64,000 nt of DNA, taken from contig OX597814.1 in the NCBI GenBank assembly GCA_951406725.2, forward strand, positions 197,842,001-197,906,000. Direction: 5' to 3'. A program made the translations under genes and the position numbers. Source of the DNA: Octopus vulgaris. Taxonomy: Eukaryota. Positions within the stretch are counted from its first letter, which is position 1. Every line of letters starts with the position of its first letter. The notes below the pieces were generated by a model. The model was given only the letters and a program-made list of their open reading frames with translations. It made no database searches and had not been told where the DNA came from. Below, piece after piece: positions 13,490 through 26,460 of the stretch.

Positions 13490-14310
13490 AAAGAGAAACC
13501 TCTGCATGGCCAATTTTGTAGAGCCACTGAAGACTTATGTGGAACAAAATCTTGGGCCTGGTTAAAAAAGGAGCAATTAAAAAAGGAAACAGAGAGCCTA
13601 GTTGTAGCATCCTGAGATCAAGCGACAAAAGCAACTTGACAAAGGCAACTTGAGAAAAAATATATATGGAGAGAACGTGTCAGAAAACTGTAGAGCCTGT
13701 CGAGCTTGGAACGAGACAGGGACACACATTGTGACAGAATGCCCAAGTTGGCACAGGAAGAATATAAAAAATGGAAGCACGACCTGGTTGTAAAAGTTTT
13801 ACACTGGAAACTGTGCCAGAAATGGAGATTTGAAGTTAGGTACAATCATCTAGTCGAAAGAGTACTGGAGTCGGAGAAATCTAAGATTTTGTGGGACTTT
13901 CTTATTCAAACGGACAAGAAGTTAGAAAATAATACACCAGACATAACAATTATAAATAAGGAAAAGCGAAGTTGCTTACTTAACGACCCTTCATGCCGGT
14001 TTGATTCCAGGGTCGTAAAGAAAGAGGACGAAAAACACAAAAAAATGCAATCCCTTAAAATTTGAAATAGGGGGAATTTGGAGCATGTGAGCAGTAAAGG
14101 TCGTGCCTATAATAATTGGTGCGTTGGGAATAGTAAGCAAAGATATAAACAAATGGCTGAAGGAGATTGGAATAGAATGCCCGGTTGAGCTCCTATAGAA
14201 AGATTTCTCTTAGGAACTACTGAAAACTTGTGGATACCTAAGATTACAAGTAGTAACCCGCTACCCACATAAATCCTACCAGGAATAACACCGAACCTGA
14301 GCCAAACCAA
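13490..14310 (+). pseudogene. R4/Dong-like non-LTR retrotransposon 3-prime part (CCHC and restriction-like endonuclease)
   Basis: KPLHGQF..SWAWLKKEQLKKETESL; CRAC..ETGTHIVTECPKLAQEEYKKWKHD; KILWDFLIQTDKKLENNTPDI; VVPIIIGALG. Contains stops and frameshifts, and is flanked by (TAA)n on both sides. Confidence 0.85.
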
Positions 14311-15070
14311 AATAATAATAAATGGTTATCTATATTGTGCTCCATTTTGAAATTGGCTTAACCCCCAGAAATTGCCCATTGTTATCTTTCAAACTTGTTT
14401 ATCGTACGAAAATATTTACAGACGATAACCTAGTTTATTCTGGTTAAATTGATTTGAATGCAAAACCTTTTAAGCTGTGTTTCGATCAATAACAATAATC
14501 TTTCATAAAATATGGATGGTGGTCAGGCACAAACTTTCAAATTATATCTGGATTTTAAGAATTAATATCAAAACCTATAAAATTGTCTGTAAGACATTGA
14601 CATACGCTAAACCTTATAAACAACATAACGATGGTCGTATTTCTGAAAAGCTGAATATTTTATTCCGTAAGAATGTTATTATAAGCACATGTTTAGAACT
14701 AATATATTAAATATATTAAATTTTGTCATCATAAATCAACATATTTGCTATAATATTTTAATGTCTCACAGTTGAATACAAGTAAGTTACTACTGTATTT
14801 TGTTGGTGTACATATCACATTCAATATTTTAATCGTTTAAATAAAATATTTGTATGATACTATTGAACGGATTTCTATCGTTAATGTGGAAATTTATTTA
14901 ATTTTTTTATATACAAATATAAGTTTGATTTACCTTTTCGCTGAATAATCAACAGACGTGAAACTCTTAACGATTTTCGCAATTTGTAGATTTCCAGCTT
15001 TTAGTAGATTTTTTTCTGGATGTAAATATTATAAATACGTTTCATGTGTAGTTAATATTCACAGAATATA

Positions 15071-15453
15071 GGCGCAGGAGTAGCTGTGTGGTAAGTAGCT
15101 TGTTTATCAACCACATGGTTCCAGGCTCAGTCCCACTGCGTGGCACCTTGGGCAAGTGTCTTCTACTATAGCCTCGGGCCGACCAAAGCCTTGTGAGTGG
15201 ATTTGGTTGAAGGAAACTGAAAGAAGCCCGTCGTATATATGTATATATTTGTGTGTCTGTGCTTGTCCCCCCATCATCACTTGACAACCGATGCTGGTGT
15301 GTTTACGCTCCCGTAACTTAGCGGTTCGGCAAGAGAGAACGATAGAATAAGTACTAGGTTTACAAAGAATAAGTCCTGGGGTCGATTTGCTCGACTAAAG
15401 GCGGTGCTCCAGCATGGCCACAGTCAAATGACTGAAACAAGTAAAAGAATAAA
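15071..15453 (+). mobile_element. SINE type A
   Basis: Full-length match. Confidence 0.9.
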
Positions 15454-15479
15454 ATTTGTAACCATATATATACATATAT

Positions 15480-15577
15480 TCTTCTTCCCTTCCTCCTTCT
15501 TCCCTGAGCGTCCAATAATACTAAATTTGTTCCACGTCCTCGCGTTGTTGTGTTTTTTTGTGTTTTCTTGTTTGGAT

Positions 15578-15583
<6 letters not shown>
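15480..15583 (+). mobile_element. end fragment of the (TA)n-anchored element seen at 63470-64000
   Basis: CCTGAGCGTCCAATAA...GTTTGGATTAAC-(TA)n matches the minus strand of about 63475-63555. Confidence 0.65.
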
Positions 15584-15622
<39 letters not shown>

Positions 15623-15983
15623 AAAGATAAAAAAGGACTATTAAAATACTCTCTCTCTCTCTCGTTACAAAACACTGACACTATATAGAATCAACCGAAC
15701 CAATGTCTTGTTAAGTAGCGACCTCTAACCAGTTGTTTGATGCTTATATATAGGAAAGCATCAGGAAATATGTGTTTGCGTATTTCGCTAGCACATTGTG
15801 TGTGTGTGTGTGCGTGCGTGCGTGTGTGTGTATTTTATTTGACAAGTTCGAAGACGAACGAAAGCGTTAATAATAATAATTACGAAATAAAAAAAAATTC
15901 TTTTTTCAAACTTCTGGCGACCTCCTCTTTTCTCAATATTCAATATCTGTATACCACTTCTAACACTCTATACACACACCCAC

Positions 15984-16024
<41 letters not shown>

Positions 16025-16269
16025 CAAACTTCTTACCAGTTCATATATGCTTGAGGCATATTAGAACCCGTAAGAAAGCCATTCAGTGTATTTTGTCATG
16101 GAGAAATTTTCACGTTTGCGCTATCACCCCTATAATATATCGTATTATGACACATCCTTCTGATATATAGATAGATACAAAAGAAAAAAATATTTGTGGT
16201 CACACAAACAAAGGAAAGACAACTCAAATAATTCTCTTTTTTTTTCTTTTCTTTTCTTTTTGTGTCCAG

Positions 16270-16415
16270 TTACAAGACGCTGAAAATGTCTATTATCAAC
16301 CAAACGAAGAAAGAAAGTTGACTGTTCATATTGAATGGATTGGTTCTTGTTTATTAGTTCGACCGACTTACCATACGATTGATGACGTCAGCAGAGTACA
16401 CAAGCACCAGATGTT
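16270..16415 (+). CDS. internal coding exon of an unidentified gene
   Basis: Long pyrimidine tract plus CCAG acceptor and GTAAGT donor. The 146 nt are open: LQDAENVYYQPNEERKLTVHIEWIGSCLLVRPTYHTIDDVSRVHKHQM plus TT, which completes TTG with the first G of the 34512 exon. Confidence 0.85.
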
Positions 16416-16653
16416 GTAAGTATTTATATAATATTTATTATCACCGTTGTTTCATTGTGTGTATATGCGATGTGCTTCGCTGCTAATAACCTCACCTACG
16501 TATATTCGGCTCCCAAGACGTTGGACGCCAATGTCTTTGTAACACGCCAGTTACGTGTTTGTTGTTTGTTGATTACACGAGTGTTCCTTCTAATATCTTA
16601 GAAATTGCCAATATTACAAAGTCAACATTTGTATTAATATTTACTAAGATAAA

Positions 16654-17137
16654 GGCAACGAGCTGGCAGAAGCATTAGAACGCCGGGCGAAATGCTTATC
16701 GGTATTTCGTCTGCAGCTACGTTCTGAGTTCAAATTCCGCCGAGGTCGACTTTGCCTTTCATCCTTTAAGGGTCGATAAATTAAGTACCAGTTACGCACT
16801 GGGGTCGAAGTAATCGACATAATCCGTTTGTCTGTCCTTGTTTGTCCTCTCTGTATTTAGCCCCTTGTGAGTAGTAAAGAAATAGGTATTTCTGTCTGAG
16901 TTCAAATTCCGACGAGGTCGACTTTGCCTTTCATCCTTTCGGGGTCGATAATTAAGTACCAGTTACGCACCGGGGTCGATATAATCGACTTAATACCTTT
17001 CCCTGTCCTTGTTTGTCCTCTCTGTGTTTTTGGATAGTAGAGAAATAGGTATTTCGTCTGCTGTTACGTTCTGAGTTCAAATACCGCCGTGGTCGACTTT
17101 GCATTTCATCCTTTCGGGGTCGATAAATTAAGTACCA
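16654..17137 (+). mobile_element. SINE type B trimer
   Basis: One full head followed by units restarting at GGTATTTC (about 16885 and 17048). Confidence 0.85.
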
Positions 17138-17153
17138 TATATATATATATATA

Positions 17154-17990
17154 TGGTCATCCCATATATAACGCAGTTTTTTATACTTTTATTTTTTCAA
17201 TCTAAAATATACTCCCCTTCATTTTCTACAATGCTCTTCCATCTATTTGGTAGACTTGCGAGGCTCCTCTTCTAAAATTCACTTGTCTGTGACGAAAAAT
17301 ACTCTTCCAGTACTGTTCTGACCTTGTCTGCAGAATTCATATTTTTTTTCCGTCCAAATGATTTTGAAGACTGCGGATGGGGCAATGTCCGGCGAATATG
17401 GTGGGTGGGGCATCGTTTCCCATTGAAGCTGCTCCAGCCTTTGGAATGTCATCTTCTCTGTATGTGGCCGAGCATTATCCTGATGGAAGAACACCTTTCG
17501 TCTTGAAACCAAAGATGGTCGGTTTTTTATTTCTAGCACTGAATTGAATGACTGGATGAATGACCAAATCCAAGTTTCTCTGCTAGTTCCTCGACTATTA
17601 CGATGGGATTTTGTTCCACCAGGGTTTGCAGGACGTCCTCGTCGAGCTCTACAGATATTCCAGGACGAGGCTCGTCTTCTATGCTGATGTGTTCAGCTGG
17701 GAATTTCTGGAACCACCGGTGACACTGGCTTACACCAAATGTCCGATCCCCGTATACTGCCTTAATATTCCTCACACTTTCCGTTGCGTTGTTGCCTTTA
17801 TTGAACTCATAAAGCAAAATATACCGAATATGCTCCTTTGTCACTTCCATTTCAGCTTTGAAAAAATAACTGTTAAAATCAAACTGCACTCTTCAAAACT
17901 TACACTAAGAATAAGTACAAAGTAAAATATCTTTCTACTTTTATAGCAAATTAATTCAGTCCCCCTCCAATTTTTAGTTAATGCAATTTT
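17154..17990 (-). mobile_element. mariner transposon relic with internal deletion
   Basis: HTH region EHIRYILLYEFNKGNNATES..RWFQKF..EDEPRPG joined to the catalytic region FHQDNARPH..WETMPHPPYSPDIAPS. Confidence 0.9.
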
Positions 17991-19194
17991 GATATATATT
18001 TAAATAATATAAATTAATTAATCTTATGTATTGGCTTAAGTTTTTCATTGTATGATTTGCCTAATAGTGGTTTTATCTCTAATTTAATTTAATATAATAT
18101 AAATATATATATATATATAATGACAGCTGTTAATTATTCTTGTTGTCATGGTAACAGTTTGTTAAAAATCAACGCGTGATGTCACTGTGTGTATGAGTCC
18201 CTGGTTGAGCAAGTGCATTACCAATGTACAGATGATGCCACAGAAAATTATGCGAACTCCCTTTTTTCTTTATGCATTATTCTGGGATGTTTCGGGTTAC
18301 GTAGTCTTTCGTAAAGATTCGTTTGGCACTGTCACACCACATATATCGACTAGTATGATAGAGACTATACTTTGCTGTCGGGGTTACGTAATGTTGAAAC
18401 ATGTCCAGAATTATCTCCCGTACGTGCCGAAATAATTTTAAAAACAGCCATTGCCTATTTTCGTTATTTCTTATCTCAAAATTATTTCTAATCAAAATTA
18501 AATATTTTAACACTAACTGAACTACTGTTGTTCGTATGCAGAAGGCACCTCTGAGCAATATAGTCAGTACCTTGTTTTATGTCGTCTTTTAAGGACTACA
18601 TTTTCTAAATTTTCATTTCTTTTAAGATAACAAGTTAAGGGCTATTTTGGCTACTATTTCTAGCAGATCAAATGACAGAGGAGATTTCTCAATGGTTCAT
18701 GTATTATGTTCATTGTTTTAGTTGTTCTTTTTGTTTTTCGTCAGCTCTGATTGAACAAACATTTGAATCAATGGTCATGCTAGCCATGACCATCCCAAAT
18801 TATTTTCAACAACATTATCTAATGTGACGTCTCCTTTTTCTTCAGACGATAAACTTTGACAATAACTCGGCTGTTATTTCCAGCAGATTAACATACCACA
18901 TAGAGGCTACTTGCGTGGATCATATCGAATGTTTGTTTTTGCTTTATGTGTGTGCTGTAATGGGGGAAAGATTAATCTTATAAATGGGATTGTTTCCCTG
19001 TTTAACAGAGGGATTATATATCAGAAGGAAACATCTTAAACACGCAACATAGAGAATGGATGAAAGAGAGAATGTGTATTCTGCAATATACCCAGAGGGT
19101 TCTGTCAACTATAAGTGACTCGCTTCGATATTTAATTGCATAATTCACATAGACATGTTGTGTGTGTTCACTATGACGTCAAACCGTTGATGGT

Positions 19195-19410
19195 TGATGG
19201 CAGAAGCACTTGAGTGGCGAACGAAATGCTTTGTGCTACTTAGTTATGGCTTTTTACGTTGTGAGTTCTAATACAACCGAAATCAACTCTGCCTTTCATC
19301 CTTCCAGAGTCGATAAAATTAAGTACCAGTCAAGTAGTGATGCTGATCTAATCAATGTTAAAACTTCCTACCCAAGTGTATGGTCTTGTGTTTATGTTAG
19401 AAATCAATAC
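19195..19410 (+). mobile_element. degenerate SINE type B
   Basis: GCCTTTCATCCTTCCAGAGTCGATAAAATTAAGTACCAG. Confidence 0.65.
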
Positions 19411-19557
19411 TGCATTGCTGGAAGATGGCGGTGGATTGGCAATATCGGCAGCCACGTATAAAATATCGATGGTGTCTTCTTATAGATCCTTTCGTTCTGA
19501 GTTCAAATGCTATCAATATATATATATATATATATATATTCCTGTTATTTCTGTGTT

Positions 19558-19594
19558 CCTTTCTGTCGAAGAGCGTAGGCTCGAAACGTAAAGG
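19558..19594 (+). ncRNA. minimal type I hammerhead ribozyme motif, A6U variant, in a (TA)n-flanked element (19540-19683)
   Basis: cttt-CTGTCGA-A-GAGC-gtag-GCTC-GAAAC-GTA-aagg. Confidence 0.55.
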
Positions 19595-19860
19595 ACTTTC
19601 TCACTTCCCGAGCGTTAAACTAATACATCTGTTTGTTGTTTACACGCCCGTCTTCGTCTTTTGCTTTTTTGTAAATTCTCACTATATATATAAGTGAATA
19701 CCATTACAAAAATCTTTTTTGGCGTATTTAAAAAATAGCTTAAAGTGAAAATGACTTTACTTTAAAAATACAGTAAATATTTCGTAAACGACCCGTTCGT
19801 AACCTCGGTGTGAATTTTTTTTTCCCATGTGATTTTTTTTCGAGTGTATCTCACCTCCAA

Positions 19861-19975
19861 AGATTTGGCTGCTATTTCTAGCACGCCCTGCTACCACGTA
19901 ACAGCTATTTGCGATAAAGGACACGAAATACCTGTTACGTGGTAACAGGGTGTGCAAGAAATAGCAACCAAATCT
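19861..19975. repeat. 50-bp inverted repeat (hairpin)
   Basis: 19861-19910 versus 19926-19975, 5 mismatches. Confidence 0.9.
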
Positions 19976-20096
19976 TTCTTTCCTGGAGAAAGGAGCCGTT
20001 TATGCGTGATTTCGATGTCACATTCGTTGAAAGCATGTGAAATAACCTTAAAAAAAACACGAAACAAAACTCCGTTGCTGGGAAACTTGGAGTTTT

Positions 20097-20132
20097 CCGG
20101 TGACCCAACGGGTCACGGGTAGTCTGGTCTAG
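20097..20132 (+). mobile_element. Helitron-type 3-prime terminus
   Basis: Hairpin GTGACCC-aac-GGGTCAC followed about 12 nt later by CTAG then T. Confidence 0.55.
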
Positions 20133-20589
20133 TCTGTATATATAAAGAGAGAGAGAGAGGTATTAATGAAGTCAAAACAAATAGTGATATTTTGCAATCA
20201 TTTAAAAATGTACGTTTCCGGTGTGCATCATTATTAGGAAATGTATTGAAATGTTTTAACTGAGGAAGATCTTACGGAATGGATGCATTTTGTATTAAAT
20301 ATTACGCAAACCCAAAACGTACGTATTAAATGTTCTCAAAATATCACTATTTGGGTTGACTTCATTATTACAATCAATACGACACGATGCCAGTACGAAC
20401 TAGCTGGTCTTGACTCCACTTACGTAGATATTCCAACGACAATTTGGAGTAGTTTGTTTCTGGTGCCGTGCACCGCTTCTTAACGAAACAATATATATAG
20501 ATAGATAAGTAGATAGACAGATAGAGAAAAATGGTAAGACAACAAAAGAATGAAAGGGACCTCGATATTACGTAAATAGAGGAATTTAT

Positions 20590-20699
20590 CTGTAAATGTA
20601 ATATGTGACAATTACTTGGTAGCCATGATAAAACTCCGAGTTTCGGATGCTGCGGTGTTTTATCATGGCTAACAAATAATTGTCACATATTACATTTAC

Positions 20700-20701
<2 letters not shown>
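20590..20701. repeat. long fold-back inverted repeat
   Basis: Perfect 25-bp arm CTGTAAATGTAATATGTGACAATTA plus inner arm TAGCCATGATAAA. Confidence 0.9.
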
Positions 20702-20760
<59 letters not shown>

Positions 20761-22968
20761 TTTATGTATGTCATTCAGTTTTATTTCAAGATTTCTTGCC
20801 AATAGAGAAAGAGCAGGTTTCTAACCTAGATCCAAGGCTGCTTCATTGGAATTTCAACATCAAGAGGGTATTTTTGCACGTATGTATATGTACGCATAGC
20901 TTTGTATGTTTTGTTTTATTTATGCATATAGTTGCATATCTAGACATGTTCATATATACTTAAATGATAAACTCAAAGAAAATTTTACAGATTTTTCTGT
21001 TCCAGTGATGGCTTGGATCTGTAGTCTTCGAAATAGCTTTCTCCTTTCTGGTTTTGAGAAGCCTAATTTCTCAAGATTGGAGTATGTGTGTATGTATGTA
21101 TGTATGTATGTTTAAAATAGATTATATATAAAACATCAAATGATATATCTTGACGGTGATCAAGAGCTCAATTAATTATAGGCCTTAAACTCGAACACTT
21201 TGCAATAAATCCAGTGTGTGTGTGTGTGTGTGTGTGTGAAGTGGGGTCGCAGGCTTATTGATTCGCTAAAATAGGAAGCAAAAGGTTGTAAAACCATTGG
21301 TCTCGCTAAATCTAAATAATAATATGACTAAATAGTTGTGAATTCTTACAAAGGACGAACGTTCAATTTTACAAAGCGATTACGTGGCCGATGCAAGAAG
21401 TATTCAAACAACACGTCTCTGGTGAGAAAACCGAGTTGTGCTAAACCTTGCCAAATGGAAGCAATGCTACAACAGCAACAACAACAACAATAAAAATTAA
21501 ATGGAAATTAGTATCACATGACTGATTTCCATTTATCGCAGCAGTGCATTCTTTTCTCCTTATCACCTTCTCTCCCTCTCTCTCTCATTTTATTTCTGCC
21601 AATCACCAGTTCTTCCACTACGCTGTATTCCATCAACCATCAGATTTAATTCGTTTCTCCCTCTCCTGTTCTCTGCTCAACCTCTACATCACATCTTTGC
21701 AGCTCAACTCATGCTGAGCTCTTTCCACAATGCTAGAATTTATATTACTTCTCTCTGACATTACATCTCCCGTGCCAATCTTCCTCTGTTTACTGAGCGG
21801 ATACACGACATAGTCATCCTACTTTCTCTTGTTTTCAATTCCATTAACTCTTAATAATGACTGCTGACGAAATTGTGCTAGGTTTTTGCACGTTGACAAT
21901 GAATATTATTTTAAAATGTTAAGAGATTTCGTTAAAATAACTATATATATATATATATGTGTGTGTATGCAGATGTATGTATAATGGCCATATATACATA
22001 ATATATATGAATGCATAATGGCGTATATCTCACAAGGGTGTTACTTTGCTATGTCGGAATATTTGTAAATATTGTATGAAAATATTTTACCTACATAGAT
22101 ATAAAAGTTGCTAAGTTTCTTTGTATTCCGGAAAAAAAAAAATGAAGTGATATAGATAGATAGACTTTTTTCTCTCTCTCTTTCTCTCAGATGCTATATA
22201 TATGTGTATATATTTATATATATATACATACGTGAGAAAAAAAGAAATCGAAAAAGACAGAGATCAATTTTCCGCATTATAGGAAGTGTGTTCTTGTTGT
22301 TCGGAGATTATTCCATGTTGTATCATCAAATACCAACTGTGTACGTATATCTGTGTACGTACCTCGCTAGCTACTTGTCTATCTATCTATTTATCTACCT
22401 CCTCATCTATCTAACTGACTATATAAGTACATATCTATCATTATTTCCCCTTTGTATCAGTTGTTTTTCTCACCCTTTCCTTATATATATATATAAACTT
22501 TTTTATCCTAGGCAGGTAAAATATTTTTATTTAATGCAGATAAATATTGAGAACATACCAGTGTAAGACCCTTGTGTGAGATACGCCATTGTACACGTAT
22601 GCATTGTTATTTCAATGGAATCGCTTAACATTTCACATATTAAAATAATATTCTTTGTTAACATGCAAAAAGTAACATGACACGATTTCGTTGACACTCG
22701 TTATTAAGAGTTAATGGAATTAAAAACAGAAGGAAGGATGCGTGTGTCATGTGTGTGTGTATATATTATACATACATACATACAAAGAGAGATACAAGCA
22801 TACATACATATGCCTAAATATATATATATATATATATACACACACATACAGGGAGAGAGATATACAAGCATACATACACGCACACACATGTATATACACA
22901 CACAGAGATATACAAGCATACATATGCATATATATATACAAGCATACATACATATATATATATACAAG

Positions 22969-23004
<36 letters not shown>

Positions 23005-23611
23005 CATACATATATATATATATAAGCATACATACATATGTATGTATATATATAAGAGCATGCATATATATGCATATATGTATTTATATAATATACGTTT
23101 GAAAGCTTACATGTGTATATTTATGTTACATAACGTTACATATGAGTGTGTGTGTGTACATGTGGGGGTGACTCTCTGTGTCTGCTTGTCTGTATGTGTG
23201 TATATAAATTAAAATATTTTGAGTACTGTACATACTGTGTATGTGTGTCTTTAGATGTATGTAACTTATTGTCACATAATATGTATGCTTCGCTGTGTGC
23301 GAATACTTATGTGAGTGTGCATGTATTAAGAAGATTTTGAGGCTGTTTGCACATACCACTAAGAGAAATAGAAAATAGTACTCGATGCGATATGTGGTGC
23401 AGAATATTATTTAGTTTGGAAATTGAAAAGATCAGTATCTCCGATGACTGATAGTTTCATCTTGCGATTCTTCAAGTCGATTAAATATTTTGAGCTTCAT
23501 TAAATATTTATAAGAGGTGTCTTCTCTGGAAATATAGTGCAGATAATTATCATAATTGGGAATTTAAACACTTTGTGGTGTGAATGAGCTCTAGGAACGG
23601 TCTTGGTATGA

Positions 23612-24115
23612 GCACTCCGTCGGTTGCGATGATCAGGGTCCCAGCTGATACGATCAATGGAACAGCTTGCTCGTGAAATTAGCGTGTAAGTGGCTGAGCA
23701 CTCCACAGACACGTGTACCCTTAACGTAGTTCTCAGGGAGATTCAGCGCGACACAGAGTGTGACAAGGCTGGCGCTTTGAAATACAGGTACTCTTGATCA
23801 CCGTCAAGATATATCATTTGATGTTTTATATATAATCTATTTTAAACATACATACATACATACATACGTACGTACATACGTACATACATACGTACGTACG
23901 TACGTACATACATACTCCAATCTTGAGAAATTAGGCTTCTCAAAACCAGAAAGGAGAAAGCTATTTCGAAGACTACCGATCCAAGCCAGCTGAGTGGACT
24001 GGAGCAACGTGAAATAAAGTGTGTTGCTGAAGGACGCAACGCGTCACCGAGAATTGAACTCACGACCTTACGATCATGAGCCGAATGCCCTAACCACTAA
24101 GCCACGCGCCTTCAC
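23612..24115 (-). mobile_element. SINE type C carrying a 198-bp foreign insertion (23791-23988)
   Basis: Head GTGAAGGCGCGTGGCTTAGTGGTTAGGG; collinear with 58688-58998 apart from the insert. Confidence 0.9.
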
Positions 24116-24320
24116 TCTTTATATGATGGGAGATGGGAGTTGTAAGTGCATGTGTATTTCGTTTTTTAAATGAGTAGATGATTTCTAGGATTTCCGAGTC
24201 GACTAAATTATGGCATTACAGCTGAGTTTTATCGTCGGATGATCGTCTAGAGATGTTCATAGTTATGAAACTTCAGATCACGATATATAATACAATACCG
24301 TCGTATCTATATTAATATGT

Positions 24321-24697
24321 GGAGGCGCAATGGCCCAGGGGTTAGAGCAGCGGACTCGCGGTCGTAGGATCACGGTTTTGATTCCCAGACCGGGCATTGT
24401 GAATGTTATTTTGTGCGAAAACACCTAAAGCTCCACAAGGCCCCGGTAGGGTGGTGTGGCGAACCCTGCTGTACTCTTTCACCACAACTTTCTCTCACTC
24501 TTTCTTCCTGTTTCTGTTGTACCTGTATTTCAAATGACCAGCCTTGTCACACTCTGTCATACTGAATCTCTCCGAGAACTACGTCAACGGTACACGTGTC
24601 TGTGGAGTGCTCAGCCACTTGCACGTCAATTTCACGAGCAGACTGTTCCGTTGATCGGATCAATTGGAACCCTAGACGTCGTAACGGACAGAGTGCC
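24321..24697 (+). mobile_element. chimeric SINE: head and body D, tail C
   Basis: 24321-24507 matches the D copy at 11608-11913; 24519-24697 matches the C-family tail. Confidence 0.85.
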
Positions 24698-24904
24698 TCG
24701 ATATCTATATGTTGGTGTGCGTGTATGTATTTTATGTTTACACTGATCTAAACACCGGTGTTTTATGCATGCTGTGCTCTTCAGAACCTCAAAACTAGAA
24801 GATCGTCAATATTTTTTTATAAAATAGGTAGGAGACTGAAATAACCTCGGTATAGCAGCATACTAATGACTGAAATCAATTAAAGAATTATAAATGCTTA
24901 CAAA

Positions 24905-25289
24905 TGTATGTATAATAATTGCATATGTATGTATGTATAATAATAATACATATGATTGTACCAAATGTACATACATAAATACATTCATGCATACATACGT
25001 ACGTACGTACATACATACATACATATAATTTTAAAATTTTAATCAGAGCCAGGACATATATACATTTAAATACATTAATAGATACAGTGTATTATAATTG
25101 CATATGTATGTATAATAATACATACGTATGTGCGAGATATACATACATAAATACATGCATACATACATACGTACGTACGTACGTACATGCATATAATTTT
25201 AAAATTTCAATCAGAGCCAGAACATACATACCTTTGAATACATTAATAGATACAGTGTATAATAATTGCATATGTATATATGTATGTAT

Positions 25290-25323
<34 letters not shown>

Positions 25324-25450
25324 TATACGTATGTACGAAATATACATACATAAATACATGCATACATACGTACGTACATGCATATAATTTTAAAATTTTA
25401 ATCAGAGCCAAAACATACATACATTTCAATACATTAATAGATACAGTGCA
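24905..25450. repeat. three tandem copies of a unit of about 180 bp
   Basis: TATAATTTTAAAATTT-AATCAGAGCC..ATACATTAATAGATACAGTG occurs three times. Confidence 0.9.
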
Positions 25451-26224
25451 CACGTACGTACGTAGGTACACACATACAGAGACTGTAGGTATACATTAAA
25501 ATACAACTAGAATCAAACTGAGTGCAGTATACTGTCTACGATAACAACTCGGAAATGGAAAGAGAATAATTTATAATATAAAAGAAACTCTAATTCAAAA
25601 AACTAACAGAAGAAGAAGAATGGATGTATTAAATGGCGAAGACCATAAGTTATGTAGAATAGTAGAGACTTGCTGTGAAAGAAAGTTGAGATTTATTCTA
25701 TTTGGCCATGATGTGGAATGAATAAGTTAACTACAACGGATTTTATCGAAATTTTTTTCCAAAAATAATAGAAATCGATACAAAAAAGAATTTCGATTGA
25801 ATTGTGAAAGGCAAAAAGTGTAAAATAAGTCTGTAATATCAGCGAGTCTACATCATCAGTTATATGAACAATAATGGCTGCCTTGGGCAAATAACTCAGA
25901 GGAGACTTCTGTTTACTAAATGCTAAGTACAGTGTCTTACAGGAAGCTGAAAAATTGTGATTATCCATTCAATTAGAAAAGAAAATCTCCCTATAAGATG
26001 TTTAAAATCTAAAATAAAAAATTAATAAGGAGACAACACGGTGTATGTCAAGCGACCTCACTTACGTAGTAGTAATGTTTCCCATAGAGGGTTGTCACCC
26101 TCGTTTTTCTTAGAGGGGGATTTTTCTCTCCTAATTTCAGGGATAATATCCCTAAAACGGAGGTTTTGTTACTTCAATATATTATATACTAGCTTAAAAG
26201 CAGCACTCCGTGTAAACTTTTAAG

Positions 26225-26380
26225 CTGGGCGAATTGCTTAGCGGGTATTTCGTCTGTCTTTACGTTCTGAGTTCAAGTCCCGCCGAGGTCGACTTTGCCT
26301 TTCATCCATTCCAGGTCGATAAATTAAAGTACCAGTTGCGTACTAGGGTCGATCTGATCGACAGGCCCCCCATCCCCACA
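26225..26380 (+). mobile_element. SINE type B, partial
   Basis: Matches the B body. Confidence 0.75.
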
Positions 26381-26460
26381 TATCTAGTACATGATAGCAC
26401 CATACATATCTTCTATTTAGGCAAAAGTAAATTACACAGTCATGTTTGGTGCCCCTTTCG

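Noticed and set aside
21865-21905. CTGACGA-AATTGT...ACAAT-GAAT, hammerhead-like
   Set aside because: GAAA is broken and stems I and III are absent.
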